NCBI GenBank assembly: GCA_965250285.1
Contig: OZ252299.1
Span: forward strand, 4,000,001-4,064,000
DNA: 64,000 nucleotides
Source of the DNA: Myxococcota bacterium
Lineage (GTDB): Bacteria; Myxococcota_A; UBA9160; UBA4427
Direction: 5' to 3'
Shown: positions 20,093-31,096 of the stretch, one piece after another
Position numbering within the stretch: position 1 is the first letter of the stretch
How the letters are laid out: each line of letters opens with the position of its first letter
Position numbers and translations under genes: made by a program
Notes under the pieces: generated by a model
Database searches by the model: none
What the model saw: only the letters and a program-made list of their open reading frames with translations
Told to the model about the DNA's origin: nothing

Positions 20093-20812
20093 CTAGCGAA
20101 TGAGCAGCCGGTTGCAGTTCTCGCAGTGCAGCACCGCGTCTTCCGGTTGCTCGCGCATCGTCTGCATCTCGAGCCGGGGCAACGCCATGCGACACCCGCC
20201 GCAGCCCTTCTCGGTGAAGGGCGCCGCGGCGACGCCGCCGAGCCGCTCGTGACCGCGGAGCTCTTCGTACGCATCGAGGACCGGGCGGGGCAGCCCGTCG
20301 GCGTAACCCGCCTTCTCGCGAGCGAGCTCGCCGATCTCGGCATCGATGACCGATTCAGCCATTTGCAGCGACTTGGCCACACCCCCGAGCTCCTGCTCGA
20401 TCTCGGCCCGAGCCGCGCGGTTCTCGGTCATCTCGCCCTCGACCCCTTCGATCTCTTCGAGCAGTTCGAGCTCGCGCGTCTCGAGCGTCGACTGCTCGGC
20501 TCGAATCCCCTCGATCTCTTCTTGCAGCGCGGCGAGGTCGCGCGCGGCCGTCACGGTGCCGCCGTAGAGGGTGTCTTCGACGCCCTTTGCGCGCGCCGCG
20601 ACGCCGGCGACCTCATCGGCGACGGCGTGCTCGCTGCGATCGATCTCGGCCCGGCGTTCGACGAGCTTCGCGTGCGCGACGTCGGTGTCGGCGATGCGCG
20701 CCTCGATCTTGGCGTGCTGGGTGCGCTCGGGCAGATCGCGGCGTTGCGCGCGCAGCCGATCGCAGGTGCGGTCGATTTCCTGAATCTCGAGCAGCGGTGC
20801 GAGCAGCCCCAT
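20093..20812 (-). CDS. Coiled-coil protein with C4-type zinc ribbon (DUF164/CT398-like)
   Basis: Long coiled coil followed by CGGC...CENCNRLL. Confidence 0.88.
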   Translation of the reverse strand: MGLLAPLLEIQEIDRTCDRLRAQRRDLPERTQHAKIEARIADTDVAHAKLVERRAEIDRSEHAVADEVAGVAARAKGVEDTLYGGTVTAARDLAALQEEIEGIRAEQSTLETRELELLEEIEGVEGEMTENRAARAEIEQELGGVAKSLQMAESVIDAEIGELAREKAGYADGLPRPVLDAYEELRGHERLGGVAAAPFTEKGCGGCRMALPRLEMQTMREQPEDAVLHCENCNRLLIR

Positions 20813-20964
20813 GGCGTCAGGCTACCACGACCATCGCCGCCCTCGGCCCACCTCGCTGCCATCGGGGCGGCTGCGGGCGCGGCCGGGGTGCTCTGGAGCG
20901 CGTGTGCCCGCTTGGACCCATCGCAGTAGAATGAGGTTCTGCGCCCGTTCGAGGGAGATCCCCG

Positions 20965-21813
20965 ATGCCGCCCGCCCCGCCCGCCTCCGCCCCCGCCGCC
21001 TCGCCGCCCACTCTGCCCCAGGGTGTCGAGATCCAGCCCCGTCGTTTCGCGTTTCGTGAGCTCGGCGCGATCCCCAAATACTGGTTCGGCGGCAACAAGA
21101 TCGTGACGCACCTCGAGAACACCTTCTCGATCATGATTCCGCCGGGCGAACGCTTCTTCATCCAATCGGTTCGCAACTATGCCGACCGCGTCGACGACCC
21201 CGAGCTGCGCCAGCACGTGCAGGCCTTCATCCAGCAAGAAGGCCATCACGTTCGCGCGCACAACGCCTTCAACGCCCATCTCGGCGAGCACGGAATCGAC
21301 GTCGCACGCGAAGAGGCCTACGCGGCGAAGGTCTTCGAGCGCGCAAGCCGCTGGCTGCCCAAGCGGATCCAGCTCGGCATCACGGTCTTCTTCGAGCACC
21401 TGACGGCGACGGGCGCGCACGTACTCTTCGCCGAGCCGAAGCTCGCCGACCTGATGCATCCCGAGGCGCTGCGCTTCTGGCGCTGGCATGCCGCCGAGGA
21501 GCTCGAGCACAAGGCCGTGGCCTTCGACGTGCTGCGCGCCGTCGGCGGCGGCTATTGGACTCGGATGCTCTCGACCGTGATCGGCCTGCTCTGCTTCGGC
21601 CCGCCCTTCGCCATCATGGCGCGGCGCATGATCAAGGCCGACCCCGAGCCGACCACGCGCGCCATGCGCATCCAGGCGCGCGAGATCGAGACGCTCTCGC
21701 GCGATGCCCAGGCCGAGCTGCTGAAGGCGTGGTTCGATCGCAGCTTCCATCCGTGGAACCAGGACGACCAATCGCACGTCGCCGCGTTCTACGCCGCGCC
21801 CGAGATCGCGTAG
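20965..21813 (+). CDS. Predicted metal-dependent hydrolase
   Basis: PPGERFFI.SV, FIQQEGHH, EHLTA, WRWHAAEELEHKAVAFDV. Confidence 0.88.
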   Translation: MPPAPPASAPAASPPTLPQGVEIQPRRFAFRELGAIPKYWFGGNKIVTHLENTFSIMIPPGERFFIQSVRNYADRVDDPELRQHVQAFIQQEGHHVRAHNAFNAHLGEHGIDVAREEAYAAKVFERASRWLPKRIQLGITVFFEHLTATGAHVLFAEPKLADLMHPEALRFWRWHAAEELEHKAVAFDVLRAVGGGYWTRMLSTVIGLLCFGPPFAIMARRMIKADPEPTTRAMRIQAREIETLSRDAQAELLKAWFDRSFHPWNQDDQSHVAAFYAAPEIA

Positions 21814-21821
21814 GCGGCCGC

Positions 21822-22616
21822 ATGCGGCTCGCCGACAAGATCGCCGTCGTCGTCGGCGGCGGACAGACGCCTGGCGACGAGATCGGCAACGGCCGCGCCA
21901 CCGCGCTGCTCTTCGCGCGCGAAGGCGCGCGCGTCGTCGTCGTCGACCGCGACGAGACCTCGGCGCAAGAGACGTGCGCGCAGGTCGAAGACGAGGGCCT
22001 CGAAGCGAAGCCGGTGTGCGCCGACATCACGAGCGATGCCGACTGCGCACGCGTGATCGAGACCTGCATTCGCGCATACGGTCGCATCGACGTGCTCCAC
22101 AACAATGTGGGGATCGGGACGGGAGACGCCAGCGCGACGTCGATCTCGGAGGAGGCCTTCGATCGCATCCTCGACGTCAATCTCAAGGGCGCCTGGCGGA
22201 TGTCGCGCCACGCGCTGCCGCACATGCGCGACCAGCAGAGCGGCTCGATCGTCCACATCTCTTCGATCGCGGCCATCTGCTCGGCCCCGATGTTCGCGTA
22301 CAAGGTCTCGAAGGCGGCGATGAACGCGATGACCCACGCGCTCGCCATGGGCAACGCCCAGCACGGCATTCGCGTGAACGCGATCATGCCGGGCCTGATG
22401 AACACGCCCATGGCCATCGAGGGTGTGTCGAAGGCCCTCGGCATCGACAAGCCGAAGCTCGTCGCCGCCCGCGATGCGCAGGTCCCCCTCGGCCAGAAGA
22501 TGGGCACGGCGTGGGATGTCGCCTACGCCGCGCTCTACCTCGCGAGCGACGAATCGCGCTTCGTGACGGGCGTTCTGCTGCCCGTCGATGGCGGTCAGAG
22601 CGCACGCATCGGCTGA
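21822..22616 (+). CDS. SDR family oxidoreductase
   Basis: IGNGRATA, NNVG, SSIAA, YKVSK catalytic motif, VNAIMPG. Confidence 0.92.
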   Translation: MRLADKIAVVVGGGQTPGDEIGNGRATALLFAREGARVVVVDRDETSAQETCAQVEDEGLEAKPVCADITSDADCARVIETCIRAYGRIDVLHNNVGIGTGDASATSISEEAFDRILDVNLKGAWRMSRHALPHMRDQQSGSIVHISSIAAICSAPMFAYKVSKAAMNAMTHALAMGNAQHGIRVNAIMPGLMNTPMAIEGVSKALGIDKPKLVAARDAQVPLGQKMGTAWDVAYAALYLASDESRFVTGVLLPVDGGQSARIG

Positions 22617-22701
22617 ATCGACCGGCGATCGCTCGCGAATCAGAACCAGCCCGGCCGGCCCGAAGGGCCTACCGTCTTTGTGTTTCGATCCCGGAGGTCG
22701 C

Positions 22702-24957
22702 ATGCGCCGCGCACTCGTCTCGATTCTCGCACTCGCGGCGATCATCGTCGGCTTCGGCTACGTGGTGAGCCTGGGCTTCTTCGGCGAGCCCCAGACCGGA
22801 GGCGTCGTCACCGACCGCGCGCGTGACGAGGCGATCGTCGCTGCGAAAGAGTCGTCGCAGGCCGAAGCGCGGGCGCTGCTCGAGGTGCCGGGCGAGACGC
22901 AGATCCTCTTCGGCGACCTGCATGCGCACACGACGTTCTCGTTCGACGCCTACAGCATCAGCCTGCCCATGAATCAGGGCGAAGGCGCGCACCCGCCTGC
23001 CGATGCGTGTGACTTCGCGCGGTTCTGCGCGGGGCTCGACTTCTGGTCGATCAACGACCACGCCGAGAGCCTGACCGCGCGCAACTGGGAAGAGACGCGC
23101 GAGATGGTGCGCTCGTGCAACGCCGCCGCGGGCGACCCCGCGGACCCCGACATGGTGACGTTCCTCGGCTGGGAGTGGACGCAGATCGGCAACACGCCCG
23201 ACGATCACTACGGCCACAAGAACGTGATCCTGCGCGACACGAGCGACGACGTCGTGCCGGCCCGCCCCATCGCGTCGCGCGCGCAGCTCTTCCCCGGCGA
23301 CGCGAATCCCTACAACGCGGTGATGCGTCTCGGGCTCATCGCGGGCGCGCCGGGGGGGCAGGGGCGCCAGCCGTACAACGACTTCGCGCTCTACCTCGAA
23401 GAGCGCCGCGATCGCATCCCCTGCGCGTCCGGCGTACCGGAACGCGAGCTGCCCTCCGACTGTCAGGAGAGCGCGGCGACGCCCACCGAGCTGTTCGCCA
23501 AGATGGACGACTGGGGCTTCCCGTACATGGTGATCCCCCACGGCAATACCTGGGGCTTCTACACGCCGCCCGGGACGACCTGGGACAAGCAGCTTGCGGC
23601 GCACGTCGAGCCCGATCGGCACGAGCCGTTGATCGAGGTCTTCTCGGGGCACGGCAACATCGAGAACTATCGACCGTGGCGCGCGATCGTGACCGACGCG
23701 AGCGGGGAGCCGAGATGTCCGGCGCCGAGCGCGGGCTATACGCCCGAGTGCTGGCAGGCCGGCGAGATCATCCGTGCGCGCTGCGTCGTCGAAGGCGCGA
23801 GCCCCGACGAGTGCGACGCGCGTGCGGCCGATGCGCGGCGCCAGCACGTCAAGCTCGGCGGCAGCATCGGGTACCTCACGGTGCCCGGCAGCAGCGTCGC
23901 GGAGTGGCTCGACGCGGGTCAGTGCACCGACTGCTACATGCCCGCGTACAACTACCGACCCGGGGGCTCGGTGCAGTACGCGCTCGCGATTCGCGACTTC
24001 GGGCCAGGCGACGACGCCACGCAGGCGAAGCGGTTCCGCTTCGGACTCATCGGCTCGAGCGACGTGCACACCGCGAGACCCGGCACCGGCTACAAGGAGG
24101 TCGATCGCATGTCGATGACCGACTCGGCGCTCGGCATGCTGGGACCACCGCCGATCCTGCGCACCTCGCAGGACCCCGTCGCAACCGCGACGCCGGCCGA
24201 CGAAGTGCCGAATCTCGGGCCCTTCTTCGAGCGCTTCTCGTCTTTCTTCGGGGCAGGTGGCCTCGTCGCGGTGCACAGCACGGGTCGGGACCGCGACTCG
24301 ATCTGGCAGGCCCTCGATCGCAAACAGGTGTACGGGACGAGCGGCGAGCGGATCCTGCTCTGGTTCGATCTCGTCGATGCCGCGACCGGCGAGCGCCAGC
24401 CGATGGGCAGCAGCGTCGAGCGCACCGAAGCGCCGACCTTCGAAGTGCGTGCGCTCGGCGCGTTCGTGCAGCAGCCCGGCTGCCCCGACGATGCCACCCT
24501 GGCCCTCGGCGCAGAGCGGCTCGAACGCGTCTGCCGCGGCGAGTGCGACCACCCGAGCGACCAGCGAAAGCGCATCGACCGGTTCGAGGTGGTGCGCATC
24601 CGCCCCCAGGTCGAGCCGTCTGAGCCCGTTGCCGAGCTGGTCGAAGACCCGTGGCTCGTCTTGCCGTGTCCGGCCGGGACCTATGGCTGCGTCGCGACGT
24701 TCAGCGACCCCGAGTTCGTGTCGTCGGGCCGTGACGCGGTCTACTACGTGCGCGCGATCGAAGAGGCGACGCCGACGATCAACGGCGACGGGCTGCGCTG
24801 CACCGAAGACGAGAGCGGCGCCTGCGTCGCGGTGAATCCGTGCTTCGCCCGCGAGCCGACAGCGCGCGACGACGATTGCCTGGCCGAGGCGGAAGAACGC
24901 GCGTGGTCGTCGCCGATCTTCGTCGACCAGGCCCGAGGCCGACCCGCGAGCGGCTGA
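22702..24957 (+). CDS. DUF3604-family exported PHP-like metalloprotein
   Basis: N-terminal anchor, FGDLHAHTTFSFDA, INDHAE, GWEWT, PHGN, GSSDVH, YYVRAIE, ERAWSSPIF. Confidence 0.82.
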   Translation: MRRALVSILALAAIIVGFGYVVSLGFFGEPQTGGVVTDRARDEAIVAAKESSQAEARALLEVPGETQILFGDLHAHTTFSFDAYSISLPMNQGEGAHPPADACDFARFCAGLDFWSINDHAESLTARNWEETREMVRSCNAAAGDPADPDMVTFLGWEWTQIGNTPDDHYGHKNVILRDTSDDVVPARPIASRAQLFPGDANPYNAVMRLGLIAGAPGGQGRQPYNDFALYLEERRDRIPCASGVPERELPSDCQESAATPTELFAKMDDWGFPYMVIPHGNTWGFYTPPGTTWDKQLAAHVEPDRHEPLIEVFSGHGNIENYRPWRAIVTDASGEPRCPAPSAGYTPECWQAGEIIRARCVVEGASPDECDARAADARRQHVKLGGSIGYLTVPGSSVAEWLDAGQCTDCYMPAYNYRPGGSVQYALAIRDFGPGDDATQAKRFRFGLIGSSDVHTARPGTGYKEVDRMSMTDSALGMLGPPPILRTSQDPVATATPADEVPNLGPFFERFSSFFGAGGLVAVHSTGRDRDSIWQALDRKQVYGTSGERILLWFDLVDAATGERQPMGSSVERTEAPTFEVRALGAFVQQPGCPDDATLALGAERLERVCRGECDHPSDQRKRIDRFEVVRIRPQVEPSEPVAELVEDPWLVLPCPAGTYGCVATFSDPEFVSSGRDAVYYVRAIEEATPTINGDGLRCTEDESGACVAVNPCFAREPTARDDDCLAEAEERAWSSPIFVDQARGRPASG

Positions 24958-24960
24958 GGC

Positions 24961-25052
24961 ACCCGTCGGCGGCGCTTTTCAAGACCCGCCGGCAGCGCTT
25001 TTCAAGACCCGCCGGCGGCGCTCTTCAAGACCCGCCGGCAGCGCCGCTCAAG
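24961..25052 (+). repeat. Tandem repeat, 4 x 23 bp (consensus ACCCGCCGGCRGCGCTTTTCAAG)
   Basis: Units at 24961, 24984, 25007 and 25030; contiguous, no spacers. Confidence 0.92.
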
Positions 25053-25195
25053 CCCCACCGCACGGGCGCCGATCCAGATCGAAGCGGGTATGCTCCCGCG
25101 CTCCCCGAAGCGGCCGCGTCGCCGCCCCCTTGCGGTCCGTGCGCTCCGCGCTCGACTCGGCCGCACGAAGCCCCGGCCGGAACCAACCGAACCCC

Positions 25196-25825
25196 ATGCC
25201 CGTGCGCCCCCGCTCGACCCTGCCCGCCTTCGTGTTCGCACTTGCGCTCGTCTGCGCGGGGACGGCGACGGCGCAGGTCGCGCCTTCCGCCGACTCGAAA
25301 GCTGGGGAGGAGTACGTGCGCGAGCGCGGCTTCAGCGTGTCGCTCGGCTACGCGCACGCGATCCAGAACGTGAGACACCCCGATGAGGCTGATGTCACCG
25401 AACCCCAGATGCTGGTGATGTCTGCGCAGCTCTTCGCCGAGCTTGCCGACTGGCGAAGATCGGGCCGGCACGGTGGCTCGGCCCTCGACATCGTGCTCGA
25501 GCCCCAGCTGCTCGTGAACTTCTCGCCTTCGGCAGGCTTCGCCGGCGCCGTCACCGCCGGGTTCCGCTGGCGCTTCCTCCGCAATGCAGGCTGGCAGCCG
25601 TTTCTCGTCGGCGTGGCGGGCATCGGCGGCACCGACTTCGACCTGGTCTATCAGGACGACGGTTTTCAGTTCTGGCTCGAAGGCGGGATCGGCGTGCGTC
25701 GTCCGCTCGCATCGGGACGATCGCTGCTCTTCGAGACGCGCTTCCATCACATTTCGAACGCAGGTACGCATCCGCCGAATCTCGGCATCGACTCGGTGCT
25801 GTTCACGGTCGGCGTCGAGTTCTAG
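25196..25825 (+). CDS. PagL-like (lipid A 3-O-deacylase/acyloxyacyl hydrolase) outer-membrane beta-barrel
   Basis: Signal peptide, alternating beta-strands, RFHHISNAG...PNLGID motif, C-terminal Phe. Confidence 0.75.
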   Translation: MPVRPRSTLPAFVFALALVCAGTATAQVAPSADSKAGEEYVRERGFSVSLGYAHAIQNVRHPDEADVTEPQMLVMSAQLFAELADWRRSGRHGGSALDIVLEPQLLVNFSPSAGFAGAVTAGFRWRFLRNAGWQPFLVGVAGIGGTDFDLVYQDDGFQFWLEGGIGVRRPLASGRSLLFETRFHHISNAGTHPPNLGIDSVLFTVGVEF

Positions 25826-25882
25826 CCGAGCCGTGTCGTTCCCGATGCGCTCCTTCCGACGGCCACGGCGGCGGACGAAACC

Positions 25883-27328
25883 TCAGCCCGCGCAGACGCC
25901 GGGCTTGCGTTCGCCCCAGCGCACCTCGGCTTCGAGCTGGCTCGCCACCCGAAGCAGCAGGTCTTCGCGCCCCATGGCCGCGACCAGCTGGACGCCGATC
26001 GGCAGCCCCGCCGCGTTCCAGTGCAGCGGCAGCGAGATAGCCGGCTGGCCCGTCACGTTGAACGGAATCGCGAACGGCAGCAGGCTGCCCGAGCGCATGA
26101 ACGCATCCATCGGGTTGGCGGGGTCGGGGATCATCTCACCGACCCGCGGCGGCGGGGCGGCGATCATCGGCGTGACCAGCAGGTCGAAGCCGCCGGCCCA
26201 CCACGCGGCCATGGCGCGCTGATAGGCCTGGTAGGCCTGCATGGCGGCGAGGTACTGGGTGCCGGTGACCTGCTGACCGATCTCGGTCACGGCCCAGTTG
26301 CTCGCGTCGAGGTCTTTCGGCCCGAGCGTACGCCCGATGAGCTGACCGAAGTCTTCGACGGCCCGCGCCTGGTAGCACGAGATCACGTTCAGGGTATGCG
26401 GCAACAGCTCGGCCGAGGTGACCGGCGCAGGATGCGATGCCTCGACGTGATGCCCGAGCCCCTCGAGCAGCCGGCCGGCGGCCTCGGCCGCCTCGGCACA
26501 GTCGGCATGCACCGGCATCTCTTCGTGGTGTGCGAGGACGCCGACCCGCAGTACGCCGGGATCGACCCCGACCTCCTCGACGTACGGACGCGCTGGCGCG
26601 GCGACGCCGTACGGATCGCCCGGCATCGGCCCGTGTACCGCATCGAGCAGGCCGGCCACGTCGCGCATGCTGCGCGCGACCACGAACTCGAAGATCATGC
26701 CCGCCCATGACTCGCCCACGTCGGGACCGAGCGAGATGCGCGCTCGCGAAGGCTTGAGGCCGACGATCCCGCACTGACTCGAGGGATTTCGGATCGATCC
26801 CCCGCCGTCGCTCGCGTGGGCCGCCGGGACGATGCGCGCCGCGACGGCCGAGGCCGCCCCTCCGCTCGAGCCGCCGCTCGAGTGATCGGTGTTCCACGGG
26901 TTGCGACACGGGCCGTAGGCCTCTGACTCGGTGACCGACCACGCGCCGAGCTCGGGGACGTTCGTTCGACCGACGTCGACCAGCCCTGCGGCGAGGAATT
27001 TCTCCACGAGGTACGAGGTCGAGGGGGCCGTGTAGCCCGCTTCTTTCAAGAAGCGGGCGCCCCAGTGGTGGGGGTCGCCGGCGCGATTGCCGCCGCCGAG
27101 ATCCTTCAACAGGAACGGCACGCCTTGGAACGGTCCGGCCGGCAGTGCGCTCGCCGCCTCGGCCCGCGCCCGCTCGTCGTGGCGGTGGATCACGGCGTTG
27201 AGCTGCGGGTTCAGCCCGTCGATCAGACCGATCGCGCAGTCGACGACCTCGGCCGGCGTCACCTGCTTCGACGCGATCAGCTCGGCCAGTCCCGTGGCAT
27301 CGTGCTCGGCGTACTCCGAGGGCTTCAT
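25883..27328 (-). CDS. Amidase signature family protein
   Basis: [27 protein letters not shown]. Confidence 0.93.
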   Translation of the reverse strand: MKPSEYAEHDATGLAELIASKQVTPAEVVDCAIGLIDGLNPQLNAVIHRHDERARAEAASALPAGPFQGVPFLLKDLGGGNRAGDPHHWGARFLKEAGYTAPSTSYLVEKFLAAGLVDVGRTNVPELGAWSVTESEAYGPCRNPWNTDHSSGGSSGGAASAVAARIVPAAHASDGGGSIRNPSSQCGIVGLKPSRARISLGPDVGESWAGMIFEFVVARSMRDVAGLLDAVHGPMPGDPYGVAAPARPYVEEVGVDPGVLRVGVLAHHEEMPVHADCAEAAEAAGRLLEGLGHHVEASHPAPVTSAELLPHTLNVISCYQARAVEDFGQLIGRTLGPKDLDASNWAVTEIGQQVTGTQYLAAMQAYQAYQRAMAAWWAGGFDLLVTPMIAAPPPRVGEMIPDPANPMDAFMRSGSLLPFAIPFNVTGQPAISLPLHWNAAGLPIGVQLVAAMGREDLLLRVASQLEAEVRWGERKPGVCAG

Positions 27329-27500
27329 GCGATCTCCTCTTCGGTGTCGTGGGTCGCGGGGCCGCGGCCATCACGCCCCTGAGGCCCTGCACCGGTCGTC
27401 GTGCGCGCGTGCGCCGATCATGACGGCTGCACCTGCAGCCCTTCGACCCAACACCTCGAAGCGTACCCAGCGCCAGCGGGTTCTGCCCAACCCGTCGAAT

Positions 27501-28370
27501 TCAAGCCTCGGCTCGGCCGCGAGCCCGGCGCAGCCGATCGGCCCCCGCCTTGATGCGACCGGCCGCCTCGACGTGCGGCCGGCCCTGCAGCTCGCTCGAG
27601 ATCACCTCGTAGCTGAGCGGCGCACGGCAGCCGCTCGCGTCGAGGATGTCGAGCACGTGGGCAATGTCGAAGGCGCCCTCGCCGCAGGGTCGCCGGTGCT
27701 CGAGGCAATCCGCGAAGTAGTCCTGCTCGGGGTCTTCCGGCTCGAGTGCGCCGTCGCTCAGCTGCACCGAGACGATTCGGTCCCCGGGCAGGGCGCGGAG
27801 CTGCGCGTCGTCGCGCGCGCCGCGAAAATGATGCCAGACGTCGACGCAGACCCCGCCATTGTCTCGATCGGCGGCTTCGACGATCGCGAGCGCCGTCTTC
27901 GCGTCGGGCACGTCGTTCGGGGGCAGAAACTCGATCGCGACGCGAAGCCCCACCTCTGCCGCCCGGTCGCAGACGCGCGCGAACGCGCGCCCGGCGGCGT
28001 CGATCGACGTATCGACGGGCCCGGTGACCTGCAGATGGCGGGCGCCGAACACGTCGGCCATGTGGCAGGCGGTTTCGAGGTGGTGATCGGCGACGGGTCG
28101 CAGCGGCGCGCCCTCGGGCGCGGCCCAGCCCAGCAGGGCTTCGATTTCGACGAGCGCGAGCCCACGCTGATCGAGCGCAGCCTTCAGCTCGGCGTCGCTG
28201 CGCCCCGACTCGACGAGCTCGAGATACTGGTGCAGCAGCATTCCAACACCCTCGAAGCCCGCCTCGCGTGCGGCGTCGAGGCGTTCATCGAACGTGGCGT
28301 GGCGCAGGCTGAAGAACGAGAGCACGTCGTCCCGGGCATCGAACGAGCGCGGATCACGCGTGGTCGCCAC
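27501..28370 (-). CDS. Sugar phosphate isomerase/epimerase (TIM-barrel) protein
   Basis: AIEFLP, DVWHH, VQLSDG, R..CGEG.FD, YEVIS; GTG start 28370 with GGAGG SD. Confidence 0.8.
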   Translation of the reverse strand: MATTRDPRSFDARDDVLSFFSLRHATFDERLDAAREAGFEGVGMLLHQYLELVESGRSDAELKAALDQRGLALVEIEALLGWAAPEGAPLRPVADHHLETACHMADVFGARHLQVTGPVDTSIDAAGRAFARVCDRAAEVGLRVAIEFLPPNDVPDAKTALAIVEAADRDNGGVCVDVWHHFRGARDDAQLRALPGDRIVSVQLSDGALEPEDPEQDYFADCLEHRRPCGEGAFDIAHVLDILDASGCRAPLSYEVISSELQGRPHVEAAGRIKAGADRLRRARGRAEA

Positions 28371-28542
28371 GGCCTCCCTCCGGCGCATTGGCGGCCCACT
28401 CGACCGCCATCCGCTGCGGCCGCCAACGGTACCCGGCGCCGCCCCACGCCGCCGCGCGAATCGGAGACTCGATCGACCTGATCGGCCACACCGAAGTGCG
28501 ATACGAATTGGGGCTCGGCCGTGACGGCTACGGAGGCCCCCC

Positions 28543-29709
28543 ATGGTGTACCGCCCCTCCCGCGGCGATGGTCCGCGCCGGCACGGCGACGGCGTACCCC
28601 AGCTGCCGGGGATCCCGCCCTCGAACCTCGACGCCAGCGCATATACCGACCCCGCGCGGTACGAGCTCGAGCGCACGCGCGTCCTGCGTCACAGCTGGCT
28701 CGTCGGCGGTCGCAGTGAAGAGATTCCGAACGCGGGCGATCACGTGCTCTATGAAGGGCACGGCGAGACCGTCGCGATCGTTCGCCAAGGCGATGGGAGC
28801 GTGCGCGCGTTTCACAACGTGTGTCAGCACCGCGGCGCGCGCATCGTCCACGAGCCGCGTGGCGAAGGCGCGCACGCCTTCACGTGTCCGTGGCACGGCT
28901 GGGTCTACGGCCGAGACGGCGCGCTTCGTGGCGTGCCCGACCGAAGCGACTTTGCGAAGGCGCAGCTCGAGGGGCTCTGCGCCCCGCCGGTGGCGGTCGA
29001 GGAGTGGGGCGGATGGCTCTGGATCTTCCTCGCTGGCCCTGACGCGGCACCGCCCTTCGTCGAGTCACTCGGGCCGATCGGCGACGAACTCGCGCGCTAT
29101 CGCATGGAGGACATGGTCGTGCTCGAGAAGTGCGCGTACGACCTGCCGTGCAACTACAAGGCGATCGTCGATGGCTTCAACGAGACGTACCACATCGAGG
29201 AGACGCACAAGGTGCCGAAGTCGACGGTCACCGCTTCGCGTGAGACGTCGTACGCGGTCTTCGGCCCGCACTCGATGATGGTGGTCCCGCTCGACCCGGT
29301 GAGCCTCGAGCAGCTTCGTGCCGACGGCGACCACTTCGAACACGCCACTTGCCACTACGTCGTGTTTCCGACCGCGGTGTTCAACAACCTGCCCGAACAT
29401 CTTCAACTCTTTCAGCCGATCCCGACCGGACCCCACTCGACGCGCTTCGTCTGCTGGGAGCTGATGTACGCCGATGGCGGCGAGGCGTACGAGGAGCGGG
29501 TCGGCAACTGGTGGCACCAGATCTTGAAACCGATCGTCGAGCAGGACGTCTTCGTCTTCGAGCAGCTCGCGAAGACGCGCGATTCGATGGGCTACACGGC
29601 GAACCGCTTCAACGATCGCGAGTGCAAGCCCACGGCGTACCACGAAGAGATGGCGCGGCGGGTGGGCGACGACCTCGCGCCTCGTCGCATCGAGAAGGAG
29701 ACCTCATGA
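28543..29709 (+). CDS. Rieske non-heme iron oxygenase alpha subunit
   Basis: CQHRG...CPWHGW Rieske ligands; NYK...ETYHIEETH and EQD mononuclear iron ligands. Confidence 0.92.
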   Translation: MVYRPSRGDGPRRHGDGVPQLPGIPPSNLDASAYTDPARYELERTRVLRHSWLVGGRSEEIPNAGDHVLYEGHGETVAIVRQGDGSVRAFHNVCQHRGARIVHEPRGEGAHAFTCPWHGWVYGRDGALRGVPDRSDFAKAQLEGLCAPPVAVEEWGGWLWIFLAGPDAAPPFVESLGPIGDELARYRMEDMVVLEKCAYDLPCNYKAIVDGFNETYHIEETHKVPKSTVTASRETSYAVFGPHSMMVVPLDPVSLEQLRADGDHFEHATCHYVVFPTAVFNNLPEHLQLFQPIPTGPHSTRFVCWELMYADGGEAYEERVGNWWHQILKPIVEQDVFVFEQLAKTRDSMGYTANRFNDRECKPTAYHEEMARRVGDDLAPRRIEKETS

Positions 29710-30125
29710 ACACGGATGCACACGGCCTGGCCGATCGACTCGCCATCTCGGACGTCATGGCCCGGTACGCGCGCCACGTCGACGATCGCGACTACGACCG
29801 CTTTCGCAGCCTCTTCGACGAGAAGCTCGAGGCCGAGGGCTTCGGGCCCGAAACGCTCGTCGGGCCCGATGCCTGGATCGATTTCGTTCGGACGGCCCTG
29901 TCGGCCTTCGGTCGCACGCAGCACATGCTGGGCCCGGTGCTCGCCGAGGTCGAGGGCGACCGAGCGCGTGCGCAGACCGACCTGCAGGCGATCCACGTCC
30001 ATCAGCCTCCCAAGACCGGCCTCTTCATCGTCTGGGGGACCTACCGGACAGAGATGGCCCGGTTCGAGGAAGGGTGGAAGATCGTGCGCCACCGGCTCGA
30101 CATCGCGCACGTTGGCGACGGTTGA
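29706..30125 (+). CDS. NTF2/SnoaL-like protein
   Basis: DRLAISDVMARYARHVDDRD...TQHMLG...GWKI; ATGA overlap with the Rieske gene. Confidence 0.85.
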   Translation: MNTDAHGLADRLAISDVMARYARHVDDRDYDRFRSLFDEKLEAEGFGPETLVGPDAWIDFVRTALSAFGRTQHMLGPVLAEVEGDRARAQTDLQAIHVHQPPKTGLFIVWGTYRTEMARFEEGWKIVRHRLDIAHVGDG

Positions 30126-30149
30126 TGCGACCCGCGCCGCGACGGGCCC

Positions 30150-31052
30150 TCAGCTGCGGGCACGCCCCGGTGCATCGACCTCTTCGAGGATCAGCCGCGC
30201 GACCACGTCGGGGACCTGCATCGGCAAGAAGTGCGTGAGATCTTCGAAGTGGATCTCCTGCGCGTTCGGGAACTCGGCCACGAGGCCCGGCCACGTCGGC
30301 GACGCCGAAAAATCCATCACGTCGCGATCGGGGTCGGGTCGCTTGGCGCGGAGGATCAACACCGGCAGCTCAAGCGAACGCACGCTGTCGTAGACCCCCG
30401 CGTTGGTGCGGCTCGTCATGTAGATCGCCGCTTCGAACTCGGGCGGGCAGGCCAGTTCGTAGCCCTCGCCCGAAGGCACCGGCCGCAGCCCGAAGCGGCA
30501 ATACGCATCGAGCGCCTCGGGCACGAAGACGTCGTAGGGCTTTCGATCTCGAAACCGGTCGATCATCGCCTCGGGCGAATCGAAGAAGCGCTTGCGCTTC
30601 GACGTCGGATGCGGCGCGCCGGACAGCTTCGAGATCGTCCACCCGCCCGTCTGGTAGTCGTCCGCTGAAGCGATCACCGGATCGATCAGCACGAGGTTGC
30701 GAAATCGGCTGCGCTCGGCCGCAGCGGCGTCGACGAGAGCGTGGGCCCCCATCGAGTGCCCGACACCGACCAGATCGACGAGATCGAGGGCCTCGACGAA
30801 CGCGGCGAGATCGGCTCCGAAGACGTTCCAGTGGTCGAAGCTACGCGGTTCGCTCCGCCCGTGGCACCGCTGGTCGACGGCCACGATGTGGCGGGCGCCG
30901 AGCCGAGACACGACGGCATCCCAGCACCTCGCGTGGAACCCCGTCGCATGGACGAGGAGCAGGGTCGGCCCGCTGCCCCGATGCTCGGCCCCCCACTCGA
31001 AGTACGCCTGTTCGAGGCGGCCCGTGGCGATGCGATGTTCGGTCGGCTCCAT
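30150..31052 (-). CDS. Alpha/beta hydrolase
   Basis: HATGFH, DQRCHG.S, GHSMGA nucleophile elbow, THFLPMQ. Confidence 0.9.
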   Translation of the reverse strand: MEPTEHRIATGRLEQAYFEWGAEHRGSGPTLLLVHATGFHARCWDAVVSRLGARHIVAVDQRCHGRSEPRSFDHWNVFGADLAAFVEALDLVDLVGVGHSMGAHALVDAAAAERSRFRNLVLIDPVIASADDYQTGGWTISKLSGAPHPTSKRKRFFDSPEAMIDRFRDRKPYDVFVPEALDAYCRFGLRPVPSGEGYELACPPEFEAAIYMTSRTNAGVYDSVRSLELPVLILRAKRPDPDRDVMDFSASPTWPGLVAEFPNAQEIHFEDLTHFLPMQVPDVVARLILEEVDAPGRARS

Positions 31053-31096
31053 CGCCGCTTCGGTCTCCCCGCGAATCGGATGACGGGCGCGCGCGG

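Noticed and set aside
24961..25052. Possible mini-CRISPR array
   Set aside because: The units are contiguous with no spacers, and there are no cas genes in the window.
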